DNA of 64,000 bases, taken from contig CAVPSB010000015.1 of assembly GCA_963708025.1 (NCBI GenBank), positions 288,001 through 352,000 on the forward strand. Direction: 5' to 3'. Origin of the DNA: an uncultured Candidatus Rokubacteria bacterium (GTDB taxonomy: Bacteria > Methylomirabilota > Methylomirabilia > Rokubacteriales > DASRDR01). How positions within the stretch are numbered: position 1 is the stretch's first letter; the number at the start of each line of letters is the position of its first letter. Shown here piece after piece: positions 18,693 to 29,283 of the stretch. A model generated the notes under the pieces. It was given only the letters and a program-made list of their open reading frames with translations. It did not search any database and was not told the origin of the DNA. A program made the translations under genes and the position numbers.

Positions 18693-20104
18693 GCGTGCCC
18701 ACCGTGTCGATCGCCGACCTCGTGCGCGGGACGCAGGGCGCCCTCGTCGGCGGCTGCCTCGAGCGGGTCGTGACCGGTGTCTCGATCGACAGCCGGTCGT
18801 GCGGGCCGGGCGAGGTCTTCTTCGCCATCCGCGGCCACCACCAGGACGGCCATGCGTTCCTCGCCGACGCGCTCGGGCGCGGGGCCGGCGCCGCCGTGGT
18901 CAGCCGCTACCCGGCCGAGGTCGCCCTGCCCGGCGACTTCCCCCTCGTCCTGGTCGAGGACACCACCCGCGCGCTCCAGCGCCTGGGCGCCTTCCACCGG
19001 CGGCGCCACACGCTGCCCGTCGTCGGGGTGACCGGCTCGATCGGCAAGACGACGACGAAGGAGCTGACCGCGGCCGTCCTGGCCGAGCGGTTCCGCGTGC
19101 TCAAGGCGACCGGCAGCCTCAACAACCAGTGGGGGGTGCCGCTGACCCTGCTCGGCCTCGAGCCGACCCACGAGGCCGCCGTGCTCGAGCTGGGCATGAA
19201 CGCCTTCGGCGAGATCGCGGCGCTCGCCCAGCTCGCCCGACCGAGCGTGGGGGTGCTGACCACGATCGCGCCGGCCCACCTCGAGGGCGTCGGCTCCCTG
19301 GAGGGCGTCCAGAAGGCCAAGGCGGAGCTGGTCGAGGCGATCCCGGCCGACGGCGTCGTCATCCTCAACGCCGACGATCCGCTGGTCCTCGCGCTCGCCG
19401 GAGCGGCGCGCGGGCGGGTCGTGACCTACGGCCGGGCCGCCGAGGCCGAGGTGCGGCTCTCCGACGTCGCACCGGCGGACGGCGGCCTCAGCTTCACGGT
19501 GGCGCACCGGGGCGAGGCGGTGGCGATGCGGCTCCCGCTCCCCGGCCGCCACAACGCCGGGAACGCGGCAGCGGCGGTCGCGGTCGGCCTGGCGCTCGGC
19601 GTGCCCCTGGCCGCCGCGGCCCGGGGACTCGGGCGCGTGACCCCGGTCAAGGGCCGGCTCCACTGGCGCGAGGCGGGCGGCGTCCACCTGCTCGACGACA
19701 CCTACAACGCGAGCCCCGTGTCGCTCCGCGCCGCCCTCGACGCGCTCCGCGAGGCGGGTCCGGCCGGCCGGATGTGGGTGGTCTTCGGCGACATGCTCGA
19801 GCTGGGCCCTGCCAGCGATGCCGCGCACGTGGACGCCGGGCGCTGGATCGCCGCCCTCCCGGCCGCTGGCCTGGCGACGGCGGGGCCGGCGACCCGGGCG
19901 ACGGCCGCGACGGCCGCGGCGGCCGGCTGCCCCGACGTGGCGGCCTGTGCGACCCCGGCGGAGGCGGCCGCCCACGTCGCGGCGCGCGTCCGGGCCGGTG
20001 ATCGGGTCCTGGTCAAGGGCTCGCGCGGGATGCGGATGGAGCGCGCAGTCGAGACGCTGCTCAGGGATCTGGGCCGCGAGGGGCGGGGGAGGCCGGCGTG
20101 CTGA
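18689..20104 (+). CDS. murF: UDP-MurNAc-tripeptide--D-Ala-D-Ala ligase
   Basis: IDSR, TGSIGKTTTKE, NNQWGVPLTL, DTYNASP, GDMLELG, VKGSRGMRME. Confidence 0.97.
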   Translation: MSVPTVSIADLVRGTQGALVGGCLERVVTGVSIDSRSCGPGEVFFAIRGHHQDGHAFLADALGRGAGAAVVSRYPAEVALPGDFPLVLVEDTTRALQRLGAFHRRRHTLPVVGVTGSIGKTTTKELTAAVLAERFRVLKATGSLNNQWGVPLTLLGLEPTHEAAVLELGMNAFGEIAALAQLARPSVGVLTTIAPAHLEGVGSLEGVQKAKAELVEAIPADGVVILNADDPLVLALAGAARGRVVTYGRAAEAEVRLSDVAPADGGLSFTVAHRGEAVAMRLPLPGRHNAGNAAAAVAVGLALGVPLAAAARGLGRVTPVKGRLHWREAGGVHLLDDTYNASPVSLRAALDALREAGPAGRMWVVFGDMLELGPASDAAHVDAGRWIAALPAAGLATAGPATRATAATAAAAGCPDVAACATPAEAAAHVAARVRAGDRVLVKGSRGMRMERAVETLLRDLGREGRGRPAC

Positions 20105-21171
20105 CGGCCCTGGCGGCCCTCACCAAGTACCACATCGCGTTCAACGTGTTCCGCTACATCACGTTCCGGACGGCGATGGCGCTGCTCACCGCGCTCCTGA
20201 TCAGCCTGGTGCTCGGCCCCTGGGTCATCCGGAAGCTGCGGGAGCGGCAGATCGGCGAGGTGATCCGCGCGGACGGGCCCGAGCGGCACCGGGGCAAGGC
20301 CGGGACCCCGACCATGGGCGGCCTGCTGATCCTCGGCGCCCTGTTCGGCTCGTGCCTCCTCTGGGGGAACCTGGGCAACCGCTACGTCCGGGTCGTCCTC
20401 GTCGTCACGGCGCTCCTCGGGCTCATCGGCTTCTACGACGACTGGCTCAAGCTGCGGACGAAGCGGCCGCTCAAGATCCGGGAGAAGTTCCTCGCCCAGT
20501 CGGCGGTCGGCCTCGGCCTCGGCGCGTATCTCTACCGCTACCAGGCGGACGGCGTGACGAGTCAGCTGGTGGTGCCGTTCGCCAAGGAGTGGGTGCCGGA
20601 TCTGGGTGCCTGGTACGTCCTGGTCGTCGCCCTGATCGTCGTCGGCGCGTCGAACGCGGTGAACCTGACGGACGGCCTCGACGGCCTCGCGATGGGTCCG
20701 GTCATCGTGGCGGCCATCGCGCTGGGCATCTTCTCCTACGTGGCGGGACACGCCCGGCTCTCCGAGTACCTGTTCATCCTGAAGGTGAAAGGGGCGGGGG
20801 AGCTGGCCGTCTTCTGCGGCGCGCTCATGGGCGCCAGCGTCGGCTTCCTCTGGTTCAACAGCCATCCAGCCGAGGTCTTCATGGGGGACGTGGGATCCCT
20901 CGCCCTCGGCGGCGCCATCGGAACGCTGGCCGTGCTCGCCAAGGCCGAGCTGCTGCTGCCGTTCATCGGCGGGCTGTTCGTGGTCGAGGCGGTGTCGGTG
21001 ATCCTCCAGGTCGCCTCCTTCCGCCTGACTGGCCGAAGGATCTTCCGCATGGCGCCGCTTCACCACCACTTCGAGCTGGCCGGCTGGCCGGAGTCGAAGA
21101 TCGTGATCCGGTTCTGGATCCTCGCGCTGCTGATGGCGCTGCTGGCCGTCACGACGCTCAAGCTCCGATGA
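20098..21171 (+). CDS. mraY: Phospho-MurNAc-pentapeptide translocase
   Basis: KAGTPTMGG, NAVNLTDGLDGL, FMGDVGSL, MAPLHHHFE. Confidence 0.98.
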   Translation: MLTALAALTKYHIAFNVFRYITFRTAMALLTALLISLVLGPWVIRKLRERQIGEVIRADGPERHRGKAGTPTMGGLLILGALFGSCLLWGNLGNRYVRVVLVVTALLGLIGFYDDWLKLRTKRPLKIREKFLAQSAVGLGLGAYLYRYQADGVTSQLVVPFAKEWVPDLGAWYVLVVALIVVGASNAVNLTDGLDGLAMGPVIVAAIALGIFSYVAGHARLSEYLFILKVKGAGELAVFCGALMGASVGFLWFNSHPAEVFMGDVGSLALGGAIGTLAVLAKAELLLPFIGGLFVVEAVSVILQVASFRLTGRRIFRMAPLHHHFELAGWPESKIVIRFWILALLMALLAVTTLKLR

Positions 21172-22589
21172 CGACCATGCTCGAGCCGGCGTGGGTGGCG
21201 GTGGAGCGGGGGGCGGCCTGGCGGGCCGCCCTGGCCGGCCGCCGGGTCACGGTCGTGGGCTTGGCCCGCAGTGGCGTGGCGGCCTGCCGGCTGCTGCTGG
21301 GCTGTCGGGCGCGCGTCACCGCGACGGACGCCCAGCCGGCCGAGGCGCTGAGCGCGGCCGCCCGCGCGCTGCCGGCCGAGGGGGTGCGGCTCTACGCCGG
21401 CCAGCATCCGCCCGAGGCGTTCGGGGATGCCGAGCTGGTCGTGGTGAGCCCCGGCGTGCCGGCCGACCTGGCCGCCATCGCGTCGGCCCGGGAGCGCGGT
21501 GTCCCGGTGATCGGCGAGGTGGAGCTGGCGTACCGGACGATGACGGCCGACGTGATCGCGGTGACCGGCACCAACGGGAAGACGACGACGACGGCGCTGA
21601 TCGGCGCGCTCCTCGCCGAGGCCGGCCGGCCGCTGCTGGTCGGGGGGAACATCGGTCGCCCCCTCGCCACCGAGGCGCTCGACTTCCCGGCCGACGGCCT
21701 CGTCGTCGCCGAGGTGTCGAGCTTCCAGCTCGAGACCGTCGACACCTTCCGGCCGCGGGTGGCGGTGCTCTGCAACCTGACGCCCGACCACCTCGACCGG
21801 CACCGGAGCGTCGCGGCCTACGCGGAGGCGAAGGCGCGCATCTTCCTCCGCCAGACCGCCGAGGACTGGGCGGTCGTCAACGCCGACGACCCGGGGGCGG
21901 CGGCGCTCGCCGGGCGCGCCCCCGGACGCCTCGTGTGGTTCAGCCGGACCCGGGAGGTAGCCGAGGGGAGCTACGTCGGCGACGGCTGGGTGCGCCTGAG
22001 GCTTAGCGGCCGCGAGTCGGCCGTCTGCCCGGTCGAGGAGATCCTCCTGCGGGGCGCCCACAACCTGGAGAACGTTCTCGCCGCGACAGCGGCGGCGGCC
22101 TGGGCCGGCGTCCCACCGTCGCGGCTGCGGGCGGCCATCAAGGGCTTCCGAGCCGTCGCGCACCGGATCGAGTGGATCCGGGAGCTCGGGGGCGTGGCCT
22201 TCTACAACGACTCCAAGGGGACGAACGTCGACGCTACGCTCAAGGCGCTGGCGGCGTTCCGGGAGCCGGTCGTGCTGATCGCCGGCGGCCGGGACAAGGG
22301 CCAGGACTTCGCGCCGCTGGCGGCGGCCGCCGCCGGGCGGGTCAAGGCCGCCGTCCTGATCGGTGAGGGCCGGGCGACCCTGGGCCCCCCGCTCCGGCGG
22401 GTCACGGCGGTGCACGAGGCGGACTCGATGGCGGCCGCCGTCCGACAGGCGCTCGCGCTGGCCGTGCCCGGCGACGTGGTGCTCCTGTCCCCGGCCTGCG
22501 CCTCGTTCGACATGTTTCGCGACTACGAGCACCGCGGTGAGGTGTTCCGCGCAGAAGTCCTGAAGCTGGACCCGGCCGGGAGCCGGTAG
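21168..22589 (+). CDS. murD: UDP-MurNAc-L-Ala--D-Glu ligase
   Basis: GLARSG, TGTNGKTTT, EVSSFQLE, NDSKGTN, LLSPACASFDMF. Confidence 0.97.
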   Translation: MTTMLEPAWVAVERGAAWRAALAGRRVTVVGLARSGVAACRLLLGCRARVTATDAQPAEALSAAARALPAEGVRLYAGQHPPEAFGDAELVVVSPGVPADLAAIASARERGVPVIGEVELAYRTMTADVIAVTGTNGKTTTTALIGALLAEAGRPLLVGGNIGRPLATEALDFPADGLVVAEVSSFQLETVDTFRPRVAVLCNLTPDHLDRHRSVAAYAEAKARIFLRQTAEDWAVVNADDPGAAALAGRAPGRLVWFSRTREVAEGSYVGDGWVRLRLSGRESAVCPVEEILLRGAHNLENVLAATAAAAWAGVPPSRLRAAIKGFRAVAHRIEWIRELGGVAFYNDSKGTNVDATLKALAAFREPVVLIAGGRDKGQDFAPLAAAAAGRVKAAVLIGEGRATLGPPLRRVTAVHEADSMAAAVRQALALAVPGDVVLLSPACASFDMFRDYEHRGEVFRAEVLKLDPAGSR

Positions 22590-22628
22590 CGGAGCAGGGA
22601 GGGGTCCGACCGTGCGACAGGAGGAAGA

Positions 22629-23828
22629 GTGCCGAGGAAGGTGAGTCCGGACTACTTCCTTTTCCTGGTCGTCGTCGCCCTGGCCGGCTTCGGCGTGGTC
22701 ATGGTCTACTCGGCGAGCGCGATCCTGGCCACCGACCGCTTCCGCGATCCCTACTTCTTCCTCAAGAAGCAGGGCTTCTGGGCGCTCCTGGGCCTCGGCG
22801 CCCTGTGGGCGACCATGGGGGTGGACTACCGCCGGTGGCGGGCCGTCGTGCTGCCGCTCCTGGGGCTGGCGGTCGTCCTGCTCCTGGCCGTGCTGGTCCC
22901 GGTGTTCGGGCAGGAGATCAACGGCACCCGCCGGTGGCTCCGCTGGGGGCCGGTCTCCTTCCAGCCGACCGAGCTGGCCAAGGTCGCCCTGGTCCTGTAC
23001 CTGGCCGACTTCCTCGCCCGCCGGCAGGCCCAGATCCGCAGCTTCTGGCGCGGCTTCCTGCCCCCGCTCCTGGTGACCGCCGTGATGGCGGGGCTGATCC
23101 TCAGGCAGCCGGACCTGGGCTCGAGCGTCGCCCTGGTCGCGGTGGTCCTGTCCATGCTCTACGTCGCCGGGGCCCGGCTCCGTCACATGGCCGTGGTGGC
23201 GCTGGCGGCGGTGCCGGCGATCGTGTTGCTGGTCGCCGGGGCCAGCTATCGCCTCCGGCGGGTCTTCGCCTTCATCGACCCCTGGGCCGACCCCCGCGGC
23301 GCCGGCTTCCAGATCATCCAGTCGTACCTCGCCCTCGGCGGGGGCGGGCTGACCGGCCGGGGCCTCGGGGAGTCCAAGCAGAAGCTCTTCTACCTGCCCG
23401 AGCCCCACACCGACTTCATCTTCGCGATCGTGGGCGAGGAGCTGGGCTTCGTCGGCGCGGTGGTGACCGTCAGCCTGTTCGGCCTGCTCCTGTGGCGCGG
23501 CATCCGGATCGCTCTCCGCGTGGCCGACCCGTTCGGAGCCCTGGCGGCGATCGGGATCACCGCGATGCTGACGACGCAGGCCCTGGTCAACCTGGGCGTC
23601 GTGGTCGGCCTGCTGCCGACCAAGGGGCTGCCCTTGCCCTTCGTCTCCTTCGGCGGCTCGTCGCTCGTGATGGCCATGGCCAGCGTGGGCCTCCTCCTCA
23701 ACATCTCGCTCCACCAGAGCTCCCTCTCCCGCCTCGGGGGAGCGGATCGGGATGCGAGGCCGGTCCGGCGCCAGGCCCCGACCCTCTCCCTGGAAGGGAG
23801 ACGGAGTGGAGTCGGAGCCGTCCCATGA
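22629..23828 (+). CDS. ftsW: SEDS peptidoglycan polymerase FtsW
   Basis: [45 protein letters not shown]. Confidence 0.97.
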   Translation: MPRKVSPDYFLFLVVVALAGFGVVMVYSASAILATDRFRDPYFFLKKQGFWALLGLGALWATMGVDYRRWRAVVLPLLGLAVVLLLAVLVPVFGQEINGTRRWLRWGPVSFQPTELAKVALVLYLADFLARRQAQIRSFWRGFLPPLLVTAVMAGLILRQPDLGSSVALVAVVLSMLYVAGARLRHMAVVALAAVPAIVLLVAGASYRLRRVFAFIDPWADPRGAGFQIIQSYLALGGGGLTGRGLGESKQKLFYLPEPHTDFIFAIVGEELGFVGAVVTVSLFGLLLWRGIRIALRVADPFGALAAIGITAMLTTQALVNLGVVVGLLPTKGLPLPFVSFGGSSLVMAMASVGLLLNISLHQSSLSRLGGADRDARPVRRQAPTLSLEGRRSGVGAVP

Positions 23829-23898
23829 CCAGCCCGCGGTGGAAGGCGACCGATCCTCGCGCCGAGGCGACCGGACGAGCCGGGGTCGGAGCCGTCCC

Positions 23899-25347
23899 AT
23901 GACCAGCTCGCGGTGGAAGCGGTACCAGCAGGTTCACTTCGTGGGGATCGGCGGCGCCGGCATGAGCGGCATCGCCGAGGTGCTGCTCACCCTCGGCTAC
24001 CAGGTGACCGGCTCCGACGCCCGGCGCAACGAGGCGGTCGAGCGGCTCGAGCGGCTCGGGGCCAAGCTCTTCACCGGCCACGCCGCCGGCCACGTCGAGG
24101 GCGCGCAGGTCGTCGTCTACTCCTCCGCCGTCGCCCGGGACAACCCGGAGCTACAGGCCGCCCGGCAGCGCGGGATCCCGGTGATCCCCCGCGCGGAGAT
24201 GCTGGCCGAGCTGATGCGGGTGAAGTCGGGCATCGCGATCGCCGGGACCCACGGGAAGACCACGACGACGTCGATGGTGGGCGCCGTGCTGGCCGAGGCC
24301 GGCTTCGATCCGACGATCGTCGTCGGGGGCCGGGTGACGGCCCTCGGGGCCAACGCCCGGCTCGGCCAGGGCGAGTTCCTGGTCGCCGAGGCCGACGAGT
24401 CGGACGGCTCGTTCCTCAAGCTCACGCCGACCATCGCGGTGGTGACGACGATCGACGCCGAGCACCTCGACTACTACCGCGACCTGGCGGCCATCCGGGA
24501 GACGTTCCTCCAGTTCATCAACAAGGTGCCGTTCTACGGGGTGGCCGTCCTCTGCGCCGACCAGCCCGAGATCCAGGCGCTCCTCCCGCGTGTCGAGAAG
24601 CGCGTCATCACCTACGGGCGGGAGAACGCCGCCGACCTGGTGGCGGCCGCGGTGCGCCTCCAGGGGCTCACCGCGCGCTTCGAAGTGCTCCAGCGCGGCG
24701 AGGCGCTGGGCGAGCTGACCCTCCAGGTGCCGGGGGTCCACAACGTCGCCAACGCGCTGGCGGCGACCGCCGTCGGGCTGGATCTCGAGGTGCCCTTCCC
24801 CGTGATCCAGCGGGCGCTCGGGGGCTTCACCGGCGTCCAGCGGCGCTTCCAGGTCAAGGGGGAGGCCGGCGGGATCCTCGTCGTGGACGACTACGGCCAC
24901 CACCCGGCCGAGATCCGGGCGACCCTGGCCGCGGCGCGCCGGGGGTTCGAGCGCCGTCTCGTCGTCGCCTTCCAGCCGCACCGCTTCACGCGGACACTCC
25001 ACCTGCACGCCGACTTCCTGACCGCTTTCGGTGATGCGGACGTGCTGGTGCTCACCGATATCTACCCCGCCGGCGAGGCGCCGATCCCCGGGGTCCACGC
25101 AGAGACCCTGGCCCAGGGCATCGCAGCGGGAACCACCCGAGAGGTCCGATACGTCAGCGACCGGGGGGAGCTCGTCGAGCTCCTCCTCCGCATCACGCGG
25201 CCCGGGGACCTGATCGTCACGCTGGGGGCCGGGGACATCGGGGGCGTCGCCGACCAGGTGCTCGCGCGCCTGGCCGCGGCCCCTTCGGCCGCCGCCCCCC
25301 AAGCCGAGGACGATCGGAGCGCAGGAGGAGGGCGCCATGCTCGGTGA
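23899..25347 (+). CDS. murC: UDP-MurNAc--L-Ala ligase
   Basis: [48 protein letters not shown]. Confidence 0.97.
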   Translation: MTSSRWKRYQQVHFVGIGGAGMSGIAEVLLTLGYQVTGSDARRNEAVERLERLGAKLFTGHAAGHVEGAQVVVYSSAVARDNPELQAARQRGIPVIPRAEMLAELMRVKSGIAIAGTHGKTTTTSMVGAVLAEAGFDPTIVVGGRVTALGANARLGQGEFLVAEADESDGSFLKLTPTIAVVTTIDAEHLDYYRDLAAIRETFLQFINKVPFYGVAVLCADQPEIQALLPRVEKRVITYGRENAADLVAAAVRLQGLTARFEVLQRGEALGELTLQVPGVHNVANALAATAVGLDLEVPFPVIQRALGGFTGVQRRFQVKGEAGGILVVDDYGHHPAEIRATLAAARRGFERRLVVAFQPHRFTRTLHLHADFLTAFGDADVLVLTDIYPAGEAPIPGVHAETLAQGIAAGTTREVRYVSDRGELVELLLRITRPGDLIVTLGAGDIGGVADQVLARLAAAPSAAAPQAEDDRSAGGGRHAR

Positions 25348-26215
25348 GATTCGCGGTGAGGTCCGGTTCAAGGAACCGCTGGCCTTCCACACGTCCCTTC
25401 GCTGTGGAGGGCCGGCCGACATCTTCGTCCTGCCCCAGGACGTGGACGACGTCCGCAAGGCGCTCATGTACGCCGACAAGGAGAAGCTGCCCGTCGTCGT
25501 CCTGGGCGGGGGGAACAATGTCCTCGTCAAGGACAAGGGCGTCCGCGGGATCGTCATCAAGCTCGAGGGGTGCCTCGGCCGCATGGAGTTCCACGGCGAC
25601 GAGGTGACGACCGGCTGCGGGGCCGGGCTCTCGACGATGATCCGGGAGGCGGCGGCCCTCGGATTGGGGGGCGTGGAATGCCTGGTGGGGATCCCGGCCA
25701 CCGTCGGGGGTGCCCTGGCCATGAACGCCGGGACGAACGACGGCTCGATCGGGGACTTCGTCTCCGCCGTGTACTTTCTCCACGCGGACGGGACGATCGG
25801 GGAGCTGAAGCCCGCCACGGGGACCTTCGCCTACCGCACGTTCAACTTCGCGCCCGGCTCGATCCTGCTCGGCGCCCGGCTGACCCTCCACCGGAAGCCG
25901 CAGAAGGAGATCTACGCCGAGATCAAGGCCCGGCTCAAGCAGAAGAAGGCCACGCAGCCCCTGGCCCTGGCGTCCGCCGGCTTCATCTGGAAGAATCCCC
26001 CCTTCGACCAGGCCGGCAAGCTCCTCGAGAAGGCGGGGTGCAAGGGCAAGCGCATCGGGAGCGCCGAGGTCTCGGCGAAGCACGCCAACTTCATCGTCAA
26101 TCGGGGGGGCGGCACCGCGGCTGACATCCTGGCCCTCATGGAGATGGCCTTCGAGCGCGTGTTCAAGCAGACGGGCACGAAGTTGCAGCCGGAAATCCGC
26201 ATCATCGGAGACTAG
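25337..26215 (+). CDS. murB: UDP-N-acetylenolpyruvoylglucosamine reductase (divergent active site)
   Basis: [52 protein letters not shown]. Confidence 0.9.
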   Translation: MLGEIRGEVRFKEPLAFHTSLRCGGPADIFVLPQDVDDVRKALMYADKEKLPVVVLGGGNNVLVKDKGVRGIVIKLEGCLGRMEFHGDEVTTGCGAGLSTMIREAAALGLGGVECLVGIPATVGGALAMNAGTNDGSIGDFVSAVYFLHADGTIGELKPATGTFAYRTFNFAPGSILLGARLTLHRKPQKEIYAEIKARLKQKKATQPLALASAGFIWKNPPFDQAGKLLEKAGCKGKRIGSAEVSAKHANFIVNRGGGTAADILALMEMAFERVFKQTGTKLQPEIRIIGD

Positions 26216-26218
26216 CGG

Positions 26219-26815
26219 GTGCCGTGCCGATAACCTTCGCATCGTTCATCTCGGTCGTGACGCGCTCGGCCTGCGGCAATCGAACGGCCTTCGGCCTCTG
26301 GCGAACGGCCTTCGGCCTCTGGGCGTCCGTCCCGACCTATGGTCGTCCTTCATCCGGCCTTCGGCCTCTGGCATCCGGCCTTCGGCCTCTGGCATCCGGC
26401 CTTCGGCCTCTGGCATCCGGCCTTCGGCCTCTGGCATCCGGCCTTCGGCCTCTGGCATCCGGCCTTCGGCCTCTGGCATCCGGCCTTCGGCCTCTGGCAT
26501 CCGGCCTTCGGCCTCTGGCATCCGGCCTTCGGCCTCTGGCATCCGGCCTTCGGCCTCTGGCATCCGGCCTTCGGCCTCTGGCATCCGGCCTTCGGCCTCT
26601 GGCATCCGGCCTTCGGCCTGGCATCCGGCCTTCGGCCTCTGGCATCCGGCCTTCGGCCTCTGGCATCCGGCCTTCGGCCTCTCGGGTGGTCGGCCACCCT
26701 CAACGTACCAGGGCGTACGTCTCGGGTGGCCTCCTCCCTGCGTCCTTCGGACGGCCTCCGGCCTTTGGCAGACGGCCTCCGGCCTGGGGGGGCTGCTCGG
26801 TTCTCGGCCCGGCAC
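26219..26815 (+). repeat. Structured dispersed repeat family 1, copy B (expanded)
   Basis: Terminal stem GTGCCGTGCCGA / TCGGCCCGGCAC; shared internal blocks; contains the 21-bp array. Confidence 0.85.
26351..26682 (+). repeat. Tandem array of about 16 x 21 bp (CATCCGGCCTTCGGCCTCTGG)
   Basis: 12 perfect units 26351-26602, one 19-bp unit, two perfect units, one truncated unit. Confidence 0.97.
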
Positions 26816-26816
26816 A

Positions 26817-27729
26817 ATGCCTGTGGTTAGGACTGCCCGGCCGACCATCCTCGTCCCGCGCGAGCGCCGGGGGACTTCGGTCGAACGCGGCGACGCGTGA
26901 GCCCTTCATTGCCCGCCAGCAACACCGAAACCGGCGTCTCCGGCGGGTCCGCCGGTCGGTCCGGTGGCTCGGCACGGTGGTGGCAACCGGTCTCATCTCG
27001 ACGGCGATCGCCGTCGCCGGCGTCGCCGTCGTCCACGCCGTTCGCCAGAGCCGGCTGATGGCCGTTTCCGATGTGGCCGTGGTTGGGGCCCGGCGCCTGT
27101 CGGAGACCGCGATCCGCACTGCCGCGGCGATCGAGCCGGAAGCGTCGCTGCTCGACCTCGACGTCGCCGCGGTCCGGGGCCGCCTGGAAGCCTTGCCGGG
27201 CGTCCGCCGGGCCCGGGTCGTTCGCCATCTCCCCAACCGGGTGGCGCTGTGGATCGAGGAGCGGGAGCCCTACACGCTCGTCAATCTCGACCGGGCGGCC
27301 CGGTCCGGGCTGGTCTGGATCGACGCCGACGGTTACCTCGTCGGTCCGGAGCGGCGGGGCACCACGCCGTCCCTGCCCATCTTGAGCGGGGTCGAAGCTC
27401 CGGCGACGCCCGGCGAGCCCCTGGGGGACCGGCTCCAGGCCGGCTTGACGCTGCTCCGCGCCATCCAGCGGTCGGGCACTCGCGTCGTCGCCCGGATCTC
27501 CGAGATCGACCTCGAACCCGCTGGCGGACCGGTCCTCTACACCGTGGACGGCGCCGCCGTGTGGCTCGGCGCCGAGGGCTGGGACGAGCGGCTGGCCCGG
27601 CTCGACGGGGTGCTGGGTGAGCTGGACGACCACCGCGAGCGCGTGGACTCGCTTGATCTCCGCTTCCGGGATCTGGTGGTGCTGAAGCCCCGGCCCTCCC
27701 CGACAACCACCATGCCAAAGGAACGGTGA
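26817..27729 (+). CDS. ftsQ: Cell division protein FtsQ/DivIB (start uncertain)
   Basis: Basic stretch, TM helix, POTRA-like region, C-terminal DLRFRDLVVLKP, directly before ftsA. ATG 26817 needs one base removed (G run 26869-26873); otherwise the frame is open from GTG 26224 through the repeat. Confidence 0.85.
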
Positions 27730-27731
27730 GG

Positions 27732-28979
27732 ATGCGCAAGACGCAGGTGCTCGCGGGCCTCGACGTCGGAACCACGAAGGTGTGCGCGCTCATCGGTGAG
27801 CTGACACCGAACGGCGTGGACATCGTCGGGATCGGCCAGCAGTCGTCCCGCGGGCTGCGGAAGGGCATGGTCGTGAACATCGACTCGACGGTCGAGGCCA
27901 TCAAGGGCGCGATCGCCGACGCCGAGCAGATGGCCGGGGTGGAGGTGGAGGCGGTCTACACCTCGATCGGCGGCGGGCACATCAGCGGGATCAACAGCCA
28001 GGGCGTGGTGGCCATCCAGGGCAGGACCCGGGAGGTCGCGCCGCCGGACGTCGAGCGCGCCATCGAGGTGGCGCGCGACATCCACCTGGCGCCTGGTCGC
28101 GAGATCTTGCACGTCCTCACGCAGGCCTTCTCGGTGGACGAGCAGGACGGCATCCGGGAGCCGATCGGCATGCTGGGGAGCCGGCTCGGTGTCGAGGTCC
28201 ACCTGATCACCGGCGCGGTGACGGCCGTGCAGAACGTCGTCCGCAGCGTGAACCGCGCCGGTTTGACCGTGAGGGACCTGGTGCTCCAGCCGCTGGCCTC
28301 GGCCGAGTCGGTGCTGACCCCGGACGAGCGGGACCTCGGCGTGGTCGTCATCGACGTGGGCGGCGGCACCACCGACGTGGCGCTCTTCCGCGAGAACGCG
28401 GTCTGGCACACCGCGGTCGTTCCGCTGGGCGGGGACCACATCACCAACGACATCGCCGTCGGACTCCGGACGCCGCCGGCCGACGCGGAGGAGCTCAAGA
28501 AACACTTCGGGTGCGCGCAGGCGGCGCTCGTGCTGGAGGACGAGACGGTCGAGGTCCCGTCCATCGGCGGGCGGAAGCCGCGCGTTCTTTCCGGGCAGAC
28601 GCTGGCGCGCATCGTCCAGGCCCGGGTGAAGGAGATCTTCACCCTGGTCGCCCGCGGTATCCGGCAGGCCGGGCTGGAGGACGCCGCCACCTCCGGCATC
28701 GTGGTGACCGGCGGCGCCGCGCTGATGGAAGGCCTGCCGGAGCTGGCCGAGTCCATCTTCGACTCGCCCGTGCGGCGCGGGACCCCGAAGTGGGTGGGCG
28801 GCTTCTACGACCAGGTCGAGAGCCCGACGTTCGCCACCGCGGTGGGGCTCGTGCTCGCCGGCGCTCGCCGTGAGCGCCGGCCGCCGGCGAGCGCCGGCTT
28901 GCCCGGGCTCGGCGAGGGGCTGCCGGGCGTCGGGCGGGCGGTGCGTCGAGTGCGCGAATGGGTGGGTCAGCTCTTTTAG
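27732..28979 (+). CDS. ftsA: Cell division protein FtsA
   Basis: GLDVGTTKV, DVGGGTTD, GGDHITNDIA, VVTGGAA, amphipathic C-terminal helix. Confidence 0.98.
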   Translation: MRKTQVLAGLDVGTTKVCALIGELTPNGVDIVGIGQQSSRGLRKGMVVNIDSTVEAIKGAIADAEQMAGVEVEAVYTSIGGGHISGINSQGVVAIQGRTREVAPPDVERAIEVARDIHLAPGREILHVLTQAFSVDEQDGIREPIGMLGSRLGVEVHLITGAVTAVQNVVRSVNRAGLTVRDLVLQPLASAESVLTPDERDLGVVVIDVGGGTTDVALFRENAVWHTAVVPLGGDHITNDIAVGLRTPPADAEELKKHFGCAQAALVLEDETVEVPSIGGRKPRVLSGQTLARIVQARVKEIFTLVARGIRQAGLEDAATSGIVVTGGAALMEGLPELAESIFDSPVRRGTPKWVGGFYDQVESPTFATAVGLVLAGARRERRPPASAGLPGLGEGLPGVGRAVRRVREWVGQLF

Positions 28980-28982
28980 CTT

Positions 28983-29148
28983 GGGCGGGGCCGATGAGCG
29001 TCGCATCGCGTCGTCGTTCGGACGGCCTTCGGCCTTTGGGGTCGTCGCCGATCCTCGGCGTACTCGGAGTACGCCTGCGGTCGGCGACGCCCTGCGTCTG
29101 TCGGACGGCCTTCGGCCTGTGGGCGCTGCTCGCTCCTCGGCCCCGCCC
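28983..29148 (+). repeat. Structured dispersed repeat family 1, copy C
   Basis: GGGCGGGGCCGA...TCGGCCCCGCCC; two GGCCTTCGGCC modules; GGCGTACTC-G-GAGTACGCC hairpin. Confidence 0.92.
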
Positions 29149-29283
29149 CTGCGAGGTTGACTCATCGACGATGGCTGCGGGGCTTCGAGGACAGTAGGGG
29201 GATCGGTGGAACGACGTGGTGGTCGAGGGAGCAGGGCGGAGCTGAAACCCGGTGGTGACACCGGGGCAGGAGAAGGAGGCGGG

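Noticed and set aside
26351-26682. CRISPR array
   Set aside because: Units are head-to-tail with no unique spacers, and there are no cas genes in the window.
26246-26848. Repeat-protein ORFs (MPEAEGR, RGRRPDA, WHPAFGL repeats)
   Set aside because: By-products of a stop-free 21-bp array; no supporting SD or codon bias.
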